The notes below the pieces were generated by a model that was given only the letters and a program-made list of their open reading frames with translations, made no database searches and was not told the DNA's origin. Made by a program: the position numbers and the translations under genes. From NCBI GenBank assembly GCA_002269645.1, contig NIVC01002913.1, positions 1 through 64,000 of the forward strand: DNA of 64,000 bases, written 5' to 3'. This stretch comes from Macrostomum lignano. Taxonomy: Eukaryota. Of the stretch, positions 1 to 13,100 are shown in pieces (within the stretch, counting starts at the first letter, position 1; every line of letters begins with the position of its first letter).

Positions 1-3000
1 TATACTTTGGTACTTCTAGCAAATTTTATGCCAATTTAGCAAAGCAGACAAGCTTTTCTATGGAATTTGATCTTTAGTTTAAATAGGGAACAGTTGACCC
101 CTGACTTCCTCAGATGGCTCATCCAATATACAATAGTTACAGAATGATCTCAGATGACCCCCTCCCCAATTTCTTTTATTCTTAAATCTTGATTCCTTTA
201 GAAGTAATAGATTTTTTAGTATAGACTCCTAGTCTCTGTCAAAAGCACTCTTCTCTTCTTAATTAACCTCTAGCCAAAATAGCAATAGTCATTTTTATAT
301 CTACTATCCTATATTTAGGATTCAGACACTCAGTTTAAAAAAAAAATTTGTTTAAACATTCAAAGCCTAAAAAAATGTGTTTTCAGTAAATTATATATTT
401 GGCTTTTTATTAGGTCCAAACCAAAAGAGTCATAAAGAGATATAACAATAAATTTTTAGTTTTAAATATTGTCAAGTTGTTGTTTCAAAAGAAAAATTAT
501 TGTTCATTATTTTTTGGAAACTTTTTGCATACAATAGTATTTCTTAGTATTCAACAGTGTGCAAGTCAAAATGGGATATAATATTGATATATATATAGTT
601 ATGGTCTAGGGTCAAGGACTATTCAATTCTTGAGAATTGACTAGTCCCTGTCTAGGGTATGCACTTATGCAATTGCAAGATATGTAATAAATGTTTAACT
701 TTAATCTTGACTTATGGCTACTTATCTTAATAATTTTAATTTGGTTGCTTACTTAACTTTTATTATTTCTTTTTTAGTTATTAACTAATATAATATGACT
801 AAACTTGACTTGAAAAAAATAATTTTAGCTTAAAAAACAGTTCAAATAAAGAAAATGCAGTTTTTGCACCTAGCTAAATATTTATACTAAATATTTATAA
901 CAGAAATATATGTTCTAAATGCATTTAATTAAAAATAATTAATGATTTAAATTTTATTACTCATAATTTATAAATTAGTGAGGCTTTTCATATTGCTTGT
1001 TCTGGTTCTAGAACCAAAACCAATTTGTAAAGTATAACTTTCTGTCTCTTTAACTAGAGGGATATGCTTGCTATAAACTTTTAATTATTGAATGAAAATC
1101 GCCAAGAAGAAAGTGAAAAATTGTGCAAAGTGACGCTGTTAAGGCAGTCAAATATTAACAGGTTAAATAGTTATACTGCTGTTTTCTTGAAAGATCCGAA
1201 CCGATTCTGGTTCTGGAATTAGTAATGTGAAGAGGCTTAGTGAATTTAATAATGTGAATGTTTGATAAATGTTTTTAAGAATTAATGCTAAATGTTTTCA
1301 AACATTAATTTAAAAGTATCAAATTTATGCGTTTTCATTAAGAGTGCAATAAATGTTTAAAAATTAAAATATTTTTCTATTAAATAATTTGATAAACATT
1401 TCATGATTTAATACGATTCTGTACAAATGTACATGTAATGCAAATGTAAATGTACATAAATGTACAAAAATCGTTTTCATGATGTTGCAAGTTTTTTTTA
1501 AGAGCAGCATTTATTAATTTGGAAGGTTACTGAAAACAAAGCATCAAAACCCAAATTTTTTTTTCGTAAAGAACTACAAAGTACAAAGTTCAAAGTAAGT
1601 ATCATGACTTCATAAAAATATCCGATCTTTTAATTTACTTTGCAACGTTTTCTTAGTTTTTTCCTCTTTTAAAAAGTTACCGATTTTATATACTAAAACA
1701 AAACAACAGTGCGCACTGCAAGTTACAAAGCTTTTATAGTTCAGTAAAGCAAAAAATACAGTTTTGTACAAAGATAAAAAGGAAATACAAGTAACAATAG
1801 CACCTTTAACACTAGAAAAATAGTGATCAAATTCAATCAGAGATCTTATTTAAAATTATTGTTTAATGTGATCATTATTATTCCGCACGGGCCACATTTT
1901 ATATATAGATGGGTTCAGTTTTTAAAGCATATTTTAGTACATTGAAATAAAGCCTAACAGTTTTTCTCAGTCTTTTTAGATGTTCATCATCCAGCATGTC
2001 AGCAATCCTCGGCTCTATGCTAAAATAAATAATTTTTATAATTTTATAATAATTTTTATAATAAATAATTTTTTTTAAAAATAAATATAGCTCTATGCTA
2101 TATTATACCATTAAGCCTAATTGCACTATTGGAATATCACTGCCAAAAAGTGAAGTATGCAGCGCAGTGGTGACTATGTGGAGAAGCCTCACAACAATGT
2201 TGATGATTAACTTTTGACTGTTATTTCCTCAGCTTTCATGTTGTGGATGTTTTGTTGAATCGTTAAATGTTTCATTGTTTCATGCATTAGGTACGAAGCT
2301 TTGGTCTATGGCAATTTGTAAAAGTAACATAGGGGGTAGGGCAGAAAAGTGCTCATATTTCAAGAATGCCAGCAGATACAGAAATAAGCAGAAAGTCATT
2401 TTAATGGGCAGATAATTCTCTTTTCAACTGTAAACGACTTAATATTTCTGATCAGTCAGAAAAGGCTATAGTGAAGAAAGTGTACCGACTTTTGGGACCC
2501 CTCGTCCCAAATTTAATTGTAAATGTTCCTTTAAATTATTTTGCATTTTTATAATGTTTTGAACTTTTCAATTTGGGCTGTTTGCCAATCGACAAGTAGT
2601 AGACAAATAATATAGTATCCTATGATATAATCCTAGTGTTTCAAAAAAAATCTAGCCTTAGAGGTAAGGCTAGGTTATTATAAAATAAAAGAGTGCTTCA
2701 ATTTTGGCTAAGTTAATAAATAAATATGGCAAAGTAAAAATCTCCCAAAAATCATATTTATTTTTTAGATACCAATAGCAAATGCATTGCCTTACCTAGG
2801 GTTGTTAATAACAATTTAGTGGCTTTTACTTTACCCTATTGTAGCAAATGGCCATTTTTAGAAAGGTATGTAGTATAGATTCACTTGGTAATAGTTTTGT
2901 ATGTAGCAATAAGCATCAGGATATATGCATGCAAAGGATATAAGAGCACATGAGAAGAGGTGGATACAAGAATATACTCATTTGCAAAGATGGAAGTGCA

Positions 3001-5411
3001 AAGGTATATATAGAAAAGATCAATATTTAGCATAAGAAGAAGTATCTAGGTCTACTAGTAATGCAATTTAAAGTGGTATATACATAGCTAAAATAATATT
3101 ATAATAGGCCCAAAAGATAATAATTAAGAAAAGAAGATAGCATGTTGTAAAAATAATTGGCTATGCACTATATCATAATATTAATAGAACTTACTAGCAA
3201 TCTACGCCCCCCCCCCCGTTGGGGAGCTAGCAGGGACTAGGAACAACAGGCCCAGGCGCCTGGCCGCGCCATGGAGTCACCCTTGCCAGTTGCGCTCATG
3301 CCGTCACTCAGTGGGACGCTGCGCGCTGCGCTGACCTCTGCAAGTCCCTGCTATGATGAACTTTGCTGCCACAGCCGAAGTGCAGCCATCCAAGCCAACC
3401 GAGGTCATCCGTGGCCTGGTAATCTGGCCGCGATGCCAGGTGTTAGCACTATTTGCACAGGTGTGCAAATAAAGTGGCTCCATACTGTAAATAATAAAAG
3501 CAAATCTTAAGTAATTTTTAATGCCAGTATATATCTATACTATAAAGCTTAGATGGAAGCTATTGAATGACATTGTATGGTTGAATCCAAAAAATGATAC
3601 AGAAGTAGTATACCGTAATTTTTTAGTGCAATATATTGTTCTTCTTAGTTGTTTTAGGAAGCAAACATACTAGGAAAGCAACATACAAAGTCTTATGCAC
3701 AAGATAAGTATATCCCCAGAAATAAATGCACTTTTTTATTTTGAGAGTGTCCATAAGTAGACACAAGGTGTTGGTAAGTGGACAGAAGGCGTCGGTAAGT
3801 AGACAGAAGGCGTCGGTAAGTGGACAAAAGGCATCAGTAAGTGGACAAGAAGCGCTGGTGAGTGGACAAGAAGCGCCAGTGAGTGGACATTGATTACTTA
3901 TTACCATAGACACACTGCATTCGACAATGCTAAGAGTTAATTATGATTTAGATGTGACATGTATTTGTTTTTTCATTAAGAAAAAACAAAATGGCAAACT
4001 GAAAAGTGTAAAAAGTAATGAATGCTGTACAGTATCTAGTTTATTTTCAATGCAAAAAATTTGTACATATAAAGGCAAACATAATAAACTTTTTTGAAAA
4101 AAGGCTTTTAATTCACCAGCGTTGGTACAAGTGTAGGCAATACAGAAATAAAAAAGTTGCATAAACTGTAGTTTAGAAGGCATTATACAGTTCTTCAATC
4201 CGCTCAAACTCGTCTTCTTCCAAGCAATAAATCAAACATTGTGACGTTGACGACCTTGGAGCTATTCTTGGCGGCGCTCTGCAAACTGCCAGAATAGTAT
4301 ACCAGTATACCATTGCAGGTCCTTCTTACTTTGCCAGGTGAACCTGTGAAGAGAGTCAATTGTTTTTAACTTCGACTTGCATTTTGGTCAGCTGTGTAGT
4401 GCTCATGAAAGACACGTGAATGTTGTCATTGCGTTTTTCTCGAACTTCACCCAAAAACCAGCAGGTTTTGTAGTTGACAGCAACAAATGTGCTGACGGTC
4501 ACTACTGGCACTTCAAGTGGCACAATGCATTTAACATTTACTTCCACAGTCTTGGCTTCATTCGAACTGGCTGTCAGTGGGTTAGGGCTCCAGCTCTGAC
4601 AGTGAAAACACAGACAACCAGCTGCCGCATTGGCAGGCTAAATTGCGTTATATAATGCCTGCTGGCATCCCCTCCACTTGATAGGTCTTAAGGATTCTGT
4701 TCAGCGACAATACCTTGGCCTTGGCGAGAATGGCTTTAAAGGTGTCGATGCTTTCAGAGGTGACAGAGGTGATAAAGAAATCTGTAAATGATCTCTAGCT
4801 TATTGCATTTTACAATGCAAGATTTTAAACAATTTTGAAATGGCTTACTGGAGGAAGCAAAACTTGCGACTCGTGGAGACCACCATTTATTACCGCTTCC
4901 ACGTCTGTCTGTCTGGCCACGGGAGACAACTTCGTTGCAGCGGCGCTTGATAGCTGCCCCCACTCTATCCGGTGCACCTTTCCCATGTCCGGCTTCGCTG
5001 AAGAGCCACTGCCAGTGAGAAATTCCCATGGCCACCATCTCGTGTTGAAATAAGTACATTGTGTACCTATTTCTATATTGAGAGGACGGCGAGTTGGAGA
5101 TCATAGTGACCCGCCTGAGCTCACACAAGGTCCAGCAGTGTTCCAGAACTGGCTGAAGGTGTGCCAGCACAGCTTCAGCAACCTTGCTGCAATTTGATGA
5201 CAGCGTGGCAAAGGCAAGATTGCATAGCATTACACAATACCTACCTTCATGTACAACACGCCCTGATGAATGACCACCTTGGTGTGACTACCGTAGTGTG
5301 AGGATGTTGTCTCTTTGCCTGTCTTTCCAGTGTAATTTTCCAAAAAGTTGACATGCACTACAGCATGACCTTCCTCCAGTGTTGATTGGATGGAGCGCAT
5401 GAAACGAAATT

Positions 5412-5690
5412 CCCTATTGCAGCGCATGGCTTAAGTACGCCAGACGCCTACACAACCTGCGCCACGCTGTGAAATGACTTACCTATGAAAGAAACTCTAA
5501 AGCAAAATTAACGCAGTTTTGGGTAAACGGCAGGAGTAACTATGACTGTCTTATCAAGCCTAAATGCCTCGGCATCTAATTAGTACCGCGCCGCGCCGTA
5601 CTAATCGCCGCGCGCCGTACGCGCCGCGCCGCGCCGTATTAGATCCGCGCCGGACGCCGTCCGCCAAAATGCCCATGCGCTGCAATCAGG
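5412..5690. mobile_element. 279-bp MITE with 18-bp TIRs and 8-bp TSD, carrying a 28S rRNA fragment
   Basis: Perfect 8-bp direct repeat ACGAAATT at 5404-5411 and 5691-5698. TIRs CCCTATTGCAGCGCATGG / CCATGCGCTGCAATCAGG match at 16 of 18 positions. Removing the insert restores the transposase frame (KHQFR-FMRS). Confidence 0.85.
5521..5584 (+). pseudogene. 28S (LSU) rRNA fragment, helix 69-71 region; not a functional rRNA gene
   Basis: GGGTAAACGGCAGGAGTAACTATGACTGTCTTATCAAGCCTAAATGCCTCGGCATCTAATTAGT matches the conserved eukaryotic 28S segment GGGTAAACGGCGGGAGTAACTATGACTCTCTTAAGGTAGCCAAATGCCTCGTCATCTAATTAGT (recalled) at about 54/64 ungapped positions. Weaker similarity extends upstream to ~5457. 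Confidence 0.85.
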
Positions 5691-8600
5691 ACGAAATTGA
5701 TGCTTGATGCGGTAATAGTGGCTAGAGTACTTCTTCAGCATCAGCTAGAAGGAGTTTAATGCCACAGCCAAGTCGTCGCATCTCTATCAATGAACTTTTT
5801 TGTGATATATTGTTTCAAATAAAGGTCAACACTTTTATCTACCACTAGTCGCTGCATATGATCTTTTAAATGGGTACTTTAAAACTGAATTAGCAAACAT
5901 AGTGCAAAAAACCTACCTGAATGCACTGAGTCGACTTGGAATTATTTTTGTTGAACATCAGGGTCCACTGATAATAGGTTAGCCGCAGAGGTGCAGTGTT
6001 GGTCAATTGAATCAGAAAACTCTTCTGGCTGCATTCTAAGCACTCGTAGCAGACAAGCAGCAGGTGCATCGCGGCCACACAAGATGCTCTCCATGAGCTG
6101 GTGCTTAAGTTTTTTTCTGTTTTTAAAAGACATGAAATGCGTATTTTGAATTAAACAAAAGTGCATTTGAGAAAAATAGATAAAAAGTATACTCGACTTA
6201 CATCAAGATTGCTGCACGTCATGCACAGGCAAATGTTACAGTCATTAAGCTTTGGCTAAACAATATAAAAAGGCCTTAAAGCATAGAAAGTTGAATGGCC
6301 AATTGAGATGGTTGGATGTTCAGATTGAAACTTCTCAAACAAAACATCGATAGAGAAGTTAAGAAAACGCTTCTGCATTTTCTTCCCCTTATGCGTCTTT
6401 GTTTCGTTTGTGGAAGCAGTCATTTGTGAGTTGTCATCACATGTGAAGAACTCTTCAACAAGAACTTGACGCTTAAACTTTGCACTGGCAGCTAGGCTGA
6501 TGCTGTTTTTGTCAGTCTCCTTGAGGGTTCGATAGTCAATTCCAAGTCTTTGAACAAAGTAGCCATGGGCATAGTACATCAATTCTATTTAATCACAAAA
6601 ATTTAACATTTGAGAAACAAGCTTACCAGGCATTGCATGCGCTTTTTTAGCCATGAGACTTTAGTAACAAGCTTACTGTTCTCCCTTTTAAGCTCTTTAC
6701 GTTTAGCCATTGCATGCTTTGCCTCACAAGAAAAGGCTGCAGCACTTCAATTTGTGGACTTTGCATCTCCAGTACTGGCAGCTGAAGTTGAAGCACTTTC
6801 ACTATTAGTAGCTGGACTAGAGATAGTGCTTACAGGATCAGAATGAACTGATCTAGGACTAGAATTAGCATTCACAATGCTAGTTGAATTGAGATTATAA
6901 GCATCATCCAAATTGTCAGTTGACAAACTTGCTATAATCAATGGTGCTGGATTAGTAGCAGCTTTTTTGGCTGCTCTTTCGGTTCGTTTTCGTAGCCAAT
7001 CTTTCTTTTGATGATGACGTTTTTCTCTGGCAGACATGTTTGTCTTCTTTCTTTCACTATATTGCTTAGTTGCAGCTGCCTTTCTAGCATTAAAGGCAAT
7101 AGGGTTCTCTGCCTTTTGCTTTTCAACATAGCATTTATCTTGAGCTTTTTTGAGTTCGCGATTAACCATAGTAGCACAGGTTTAAGACTTGAAGTCTGCA
7201 ATAAAAAAAGAAACAATATGTTTAAAATAAAATATCGTTAATTAGCTAACATATTTAATTGACATTTCAAAACTCTTGAAGCATACTAAAGCTCTTAATA
7301 TAATTTTACTTTGAATATACATTAGTTTGTGGCTATTAATATTAAAATTTATAAGCATGTTAATACAAATATTCTAAAAATAATATACTATAAAATATTA
7401 ATAATAAATTTAAATCTTAAAATGATTTTGAGCCTAACAATAGACAAAACAAATAATTAAAAGCAATAAAGTGCCTATTTTATATTTTAGAGAGTCACTA
7501 AAGATTCATTTGGTTTTCTGATCTTTAGAGCTGAAAAGCTTCATGTATTTTCAAAAAGAATAGATACTTGATGATTTAAAATTATTTAAAGATACATTAA
7601 AATAGTTAAAATACCTTATAAGTCAATTTATTAGCTTGCAAAGCTAATTAATTCACTCATTTATGCTCTTTGTCCACTCACCAACGTTACTTGTCCACTT
7701 ACCGACGTCACTTGTCCACTATCGATGCCATTGGTAAGTGGACATTTTGTGCTATTAGAGTATAACTCAAAAAATGTTTTTGCAATGTACAGACACGAAC
7801 AACTTTATCAATGTCTAAGAGATTACATGACAATATGAGTACAAAAGAAATGTTAAAATATATAATAATGCAAATACAACCAACTTACCAAAATTAAATT
7901 CAAGGCATCAATCAGTGGACAATATAGGCATCGATAAATGGACAATGAAATTGGGAGACACACATTTTTCTTGAAAATCAATATGGCTGACACGTTTTAA
8001 ATATTATTAAGTAGTAAAACAACTTTACTTGAATAAAAGGAAAAAAATGACACCAAAATAGAGTATCCCCATTAAGTACTAGTAAAATTATAGTTATTTA
8101 AAAGGAAGGTGCTTCAAAAAAGACATTCGTTTTGTTGAATTTTTCCGAACTTTTTTACAAAATAAACCTTTGCGTTTCATCTTACCAATCTATTTTATGA
8201 TGTTTTACATAGAAATTAGTTATCTAATCATCTTTTTATTGTAATGATGCTGCAACAATTCTCTGTTTGCTGAAAATTTTAGCAAGACACAAAAAATTTT
8301 CTGTATTCATTTTTGGATTCACCCTTATATGCTTTTGAAAAATGATATGAACAAAATGGATAGATCAATGACAAAGTTTATTAAGCTTCTTATAATGCTT
8401 ACTAATAGACTAAAATTGTCATTATTATTGTATTATATTTGGGTTTTTCCTATAAAAGCATATCTTTATCCAAATATAAATATATACGAGTAAACATAGA
8501 CTATTGACAAAAAAGTTATAATATGAGTGTATCATCCACTAAAGATACTTTAGGGGAAGGGTATTTATTTTTCAATCAAAATGTTATGATTTTATATCTC

Positions 8601-8750
8601 TACTAGAATTTTGTGTCCCCTATTGAAGCAAATCTAAAGAGCACTAATTGCCTTATTTGACAGGTGTATAAGCATGCAGGCAAACTTTTATCTTAGGCAT
8701 GTAGCTATATAGGATCATAGGAATACAGTTTCATTACAAACCTAAGCTTT

Positions 8751-9797
8751 CCCGTTGGATTTTGAGTTTTTAAAGTAGGCATGAAAGGTGAAGAGTTTTG
8801 CACCTTCTGCCTGACTTTCGCCTCTCTTATGCCTATTTTGTGCCACTTGTGCACCTTTTGTTCACCTGAGTGCCTCTGCAGGGTCAGAAGGTGAATTTAA
8901 GGCACGAACTAGGCGGTAGGGGCACAGGTGTCGTAGGGGATTTAGGTGCATAAAAAGTGTACAGTGTGCACTGGAGGCACGAAAGGTGAATAAAAGGTGC
9001 ACAGTGGGCACTTTAAGCGTAGAGGCAATGCAAGGGGCGTTAAAGTTTCAACTGGCGAAGTTCTTTGCTACCTTTTCTCACTATTCGAAATTTTTCCTCA
9101 CTAATGCAAGCCTTTTCATCACTTTTCGGAACTTTTCCTGAGTATTTGAAAGTCATTAAAACTTATCAGTATAGGACATGTTTAGTTTCGTGGTTTGTCA
9201 GGATCAGGAAGGGGATAGCAGCGATTAGTAAAGGTGTAAATAAATCTATGTTCAATCGGTGCGTGCAATATACGAGTATGTAACTCTCAGTTAATTTTTT
9301 GTTACGAATTCTTAATGCGTTAATTCGTGCATAGGCATAAAAGGTGAGCGAGGTGCACAGAAGAGGCACTTTAGGGGTATATTTCGAGCGTGTTTTGGAA
9401 ATGCACCTGTATACATATTTACGCCGCACATGTACACCTTATACACCTCTTATTCACCTTTCGTGCACTTTCTGCGCCCCTTCAGCACCTTTCCTACACC
9501 TGCTGTGCCTCACTTGTGAGCCTGCTGTTCACCTTTTGTGCACCTCCAGTGCCCCTTACGCACCTTTACTGCCCCTACCGCCGCAACCAATCAAAATTGA
9601 GAATTCACCTACTGCCTGACCACTTCACCGATTTTACACCTTTCATGCCTCTTTTCAAAAATATTGGTGACATTTAGGCATAAAAGGTGCACTCAGGTGC
9701 ATTTCCAAAACATGCACGAAATAGGCCACTAAGGTGCCTCTTTTGTGCACCTCGCTCACCTTTTATGCCTCTGCAGGTGCATAACTTTTCCAACGGG
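8751..9797. mobile_element. Non-autonomous TIR element (CCCG termini, TTT flanks) with internal foldback arms
   Basis: CCCGTTGGA at 8751 and TCCAACGGG ending 9797, with TTT on both flanks. A ~75-bp internal inverted repeat lies at 9333-9409 vs 9694-9770. The body is rich in GCACCT/AGGTGC motifs and has no credible ORF. Confidence 0.6.
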
Positions 9798-10107
9798 TTT
9801 ATTCAGTTTTTGTTACTCCTTGAGTGGTCAAGAACAGGTTTTTATACAATTTGAATTTTAATGAATTTTCAAGTTGAGAAGTTTTAGGCATGTTTAAGCA
9901 GAAAGGCACATCAATTGATTTCCTTTTCTAAGAAATGCTATCTGCATAGACCAACATTTGCTTCAATAGTGTTTTGTATTTAGCATTGGTTATTAATTGT
10001 TTTTTGTTTTCTGTATGCATGATTGTATTATAGCATTCAGCAATCGAACATTTGAAAGCACTAATAAGAATTCAAGCAGCATTGGCGGTTAATCTGTCAG
10101 CTGCACA

Positions 10108-13100
10108 ATGGAACTGCGACAAAAGGCTGCCCTAATGGCACTGAAGGGTGCGCTGGTTCGAGATGTCAATTTTCACGACATCGAAGATTCTCTGTTAAGC
10201 TTTGGTCTCATTTCCCCTGAGGAGAAGCAGATAATTAACAGAGCTGGAAGTACAGATAGACAGACTAGCACATTGGTGGATATTCTTGTGGACAAAAATG
10301 ATGTGAGAACATTCGACTGTCTCATTTCAAGTCTAGAACCTACTTACGATTTTCTGTCCAAGGAGTTGGCTAATTTCCGTGAAAATCCGCAAATTTATCT
10401 GACTAAGTCAACTAAAGATTACGAAGGCGTCTTCATCGAAGGTGGTATTCCTATCACTCCAGTGGGTAACATTGAGCTTAAGTACGTGGCAGAACTCAAG
10501 GAAAGCTTGGTAAAGCTATCGGTCCGCTCTGATGGGGGCTGGATTCTCGTGAAAGGCCACGGTGGTGCTGGAAAGTCGGTAGTTGTTTCTCAAGCAATAA
10601 GAGGCAAGGCCTCTGACGGAAGTCCAATTGCCTCCTATTTTTTCAATCGAGTATTTTGGTTCACAATAGGCAACCTGCGCACCGACGAATTGGAGTCGAT
10701 GCTCCTGGCTAAGATGCAGAACATTTGCATCCGATTGGATCCTAAGCTGCGTGCGTCGCCTCCAACAAGCCTTGATGATGCAAAAAATTTGTTTCGCAAA
10801 ACCATGCTAGAAAAGTACCCGTGCGGGCTTATCGTTCTAGATGACGTTTGGGAGCCAAAAATTTTGCGCTATTTCAATGTTCAAGCAAGGATCGTTGTTA
10901 CATCAAGAAAGGCCGATATTTTCAGCAAAATTCAGCCTGGAGATGCGCAGCGATGCATGAAAATCTCCGTTGATGAAGGTTTACCCGAAGAATTGACTTC
11001 TAAGCTTCTTACTGAGATTATCAACAGCGAAGTTTCACCTGGTCAAGTCTCTGATTCGTTCAACGATGAAGACATGGAGCGTGTTCGAAGGCTTCATTCC
11101 AAGTGCAAAGGAAATCCTTTTATTGTTTCCATCTTCGGTGGCCTTCTTCGTGGCCGACTCTCTCAATTCGAGAGATATTTGAAAAAGTTTAAAACTGATC
11201 TTTTTAAGAAAGTCGACTTAGAGCTGGGTGATTATGAGTATGGAAGCATCATAGATGCCATTCTAGTTAGTATTGACGATCTAGATGAAGAGCAAAAGGA
11301 ACGGTATCTTCACTTGTCTATTTTTCCTGAGGACACTTTTTTATCTGCGCAATTTCTGTCAAAATATTGTTGGCGAAACGAAGATGGCAACCCACTACCT
11401 GTGGATGACTCTTTAGATGTGATGGAAGGATTTGTTCGTCGTTCTATTGCCACGATAGAGAAGTACCGGCCGGATGAAGAGCTCCTTACTCTTCATGACT
11501 TAATTGTGAGTGCCATGAAAAGTGAGTACAAAGAAAAACGAACGAGCTTCAACAATCAGTTTGTTGAAAGAGTGCTCAGCCATCGGGCAACGGTGGGTAG
11601 TTGGATGGATGTTGACAGCAACGATCAAATGCACTATTTGGCCTACAATTTTGTCTACCACTTAGTCTTTTCTGACGCAGTTCCGCTAGACAGAAAGTTA
11701 AGTATCCTGCGTGACTTCGACTTTATTTCGTGGCTTTGCTGTCGGATTGGTGCCGAGAACCTGACGTTTGTTTACCAGTATTCCATTAAGATCCTTACGA
11801 TTGACGAGTCAGCAAGGAAAAGCTTGACAGACTTCGTCGAATTTTTCCGATCGCCGATTCTTCGCATTCAGGCAACCAATTTGGCTACTAGGCGATCTGA
11901 CTCGGCCGTGATTCAACTGGCTCTCACTCTACCAGAAGAGAACTCTGTTCGCGAGTGTGCCGTGGAGGCTGCTAAAAAGCATAGACAGTTTTTCTGCTTT
12001 TACTATTGGCTTAATGTCGACCAGACGGAAGAACAGATCCACAATACATTCAAAGTTGACAGCGATGTTTCTACATTCGCTCTAGATCGTGATTGTAAGC
12101 ACGCTGTTGTTGCAAGCGAATCATCTGCAGTTATTTTAGACCTAAAAACGGGCTTACGCAACTTCCGTGTCCGCAAAGAGGACATGGCCTGCAGCAGTGC
12201 TCGAGGCGATGCACAGGACAGCATTCAAATTGTTTCTGCTCTCTTCAGTCCTGACAATCAATCACTGTTAGTCCTGACTGAATTCGCGCTGTTTCGCTTC
12301 AAACTACCTCCTAGTGCTTTTGAAGTAGGTGTTCGACCTTCCCCAGCTGCGCCTTTACCTTCTGAAAAGGGGAGCTTGCATTTTCCTCAAGGCAGGCCCA
12401 GATCTGGCACAACTGGAAAATCTCCGCTAGAACTCACTCCAAACGAACCGGTCTACAATGAGGAGGAGAAAGAGAATTCTTTTTTTACTGCCATGTGCTT
12501 TGAGTCGGACGCCAAGCTTCTGGTTGGAAGCAGTGATGGAAATATCAAGGTGTTTACCTTGGCTGATCAAGTGACCAACCTAAGCTCCGAATTCGACATA
12601 GATCAGAATATTCCAGCAGGCGCACAGTCCCAGATCAACCACATTGCAGCTTCACAATCAATGTATTCAACTTCAATTGCCGTCTCTGGTCCAAATGACT
12701 GTGTTTACGTCTACAAAAGTCGTTTTGACATTAAGAAGTACTCGGGACACGCTAAGAATTCGAATCCCATTCGCTGCGCTTTTGAGCCACGTCCTGAGCC
12801 GCGATTTGCCGCATCGATTGCAAATAACGAAATTCATCTTTGGCACCCGAAGACTCAACAAAGGTTAGTCCGTGAATTTGGACCAAAGAGCACATCCTTT
12901 ACGAGCATTGCAATCAGCAGTGAAGGTGTTTACATAGCTGTTGGCACTAGCACACGAGCGCACATTTATCTCTACAGGGTAGAGAATCTGACTGAGTCAT
13001 CCTGCAGGCTGCAGCTAGTGGACGAGTTGAATGGCTCAGGTAGCTATACTAAGTGTCTGGCTTTTCAAACTTCGGAAAAGTCATTCTTATATTCAATGTC

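Larger units (their letters stand above)
4356..7169 (-). pseudogene. Fragmented transposase pseudogene of the Sola2-like element
   Basis: Minus-strand ORF pieces carry family-type motifs: DDNSQ..QKRFL..STFYALRPFYI (6256-6582); a C-x7-C-x4-C-x2-C cluster across a frameshift (~5990-6085); HYYRIKHQFR|FMRS..VHVNFLENY (DFxENY with D>N); SNSPSSQYRN (SDGP with D>N); WLFSEAGHGKGAPDRVGAAIKR (4754-5230); VAVNYKTCWFLGEV (4356-4547). There are multiple stops and frameshifts. Confidence 0.75.
3579..8324 (-). mobile_element. Decayed Sola2-like DDD DNA transposon (~4.7 kb)
   Basis: Imperfect TIRs GGTTGAATCCAAAAAATGATACAGAA (3579-3604) and TTCTGTATTCATTTTTGGATTCACCC (8299-8324). Flanks GTAT/TTAT look like a degraded 4-bp TSD. 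Subterminal ~21-bp GGTAAGTGGACA repeats occur in inverted orientation at 3765-3890 and 7669-7745. Broken transposase ORFs lie on the minus strand. The superfamily call rests on recalled motifs. Confidence 0.65.

Noticed and set aside
263-1167. piggyBac-like TTAACC...GGTTAA ends and a 32-bp palindrome at 616-647
   Set aside because: The terminal match is only ~7 bp in very AT-rich DNA, which is not enough to define an element.
5457-5590. Functional 28S rRNA gene
   Set aside because: It is only ~0.1 kb, the H69 stem is disrupted, and it lies within a TIR/TSD-bounded insert.
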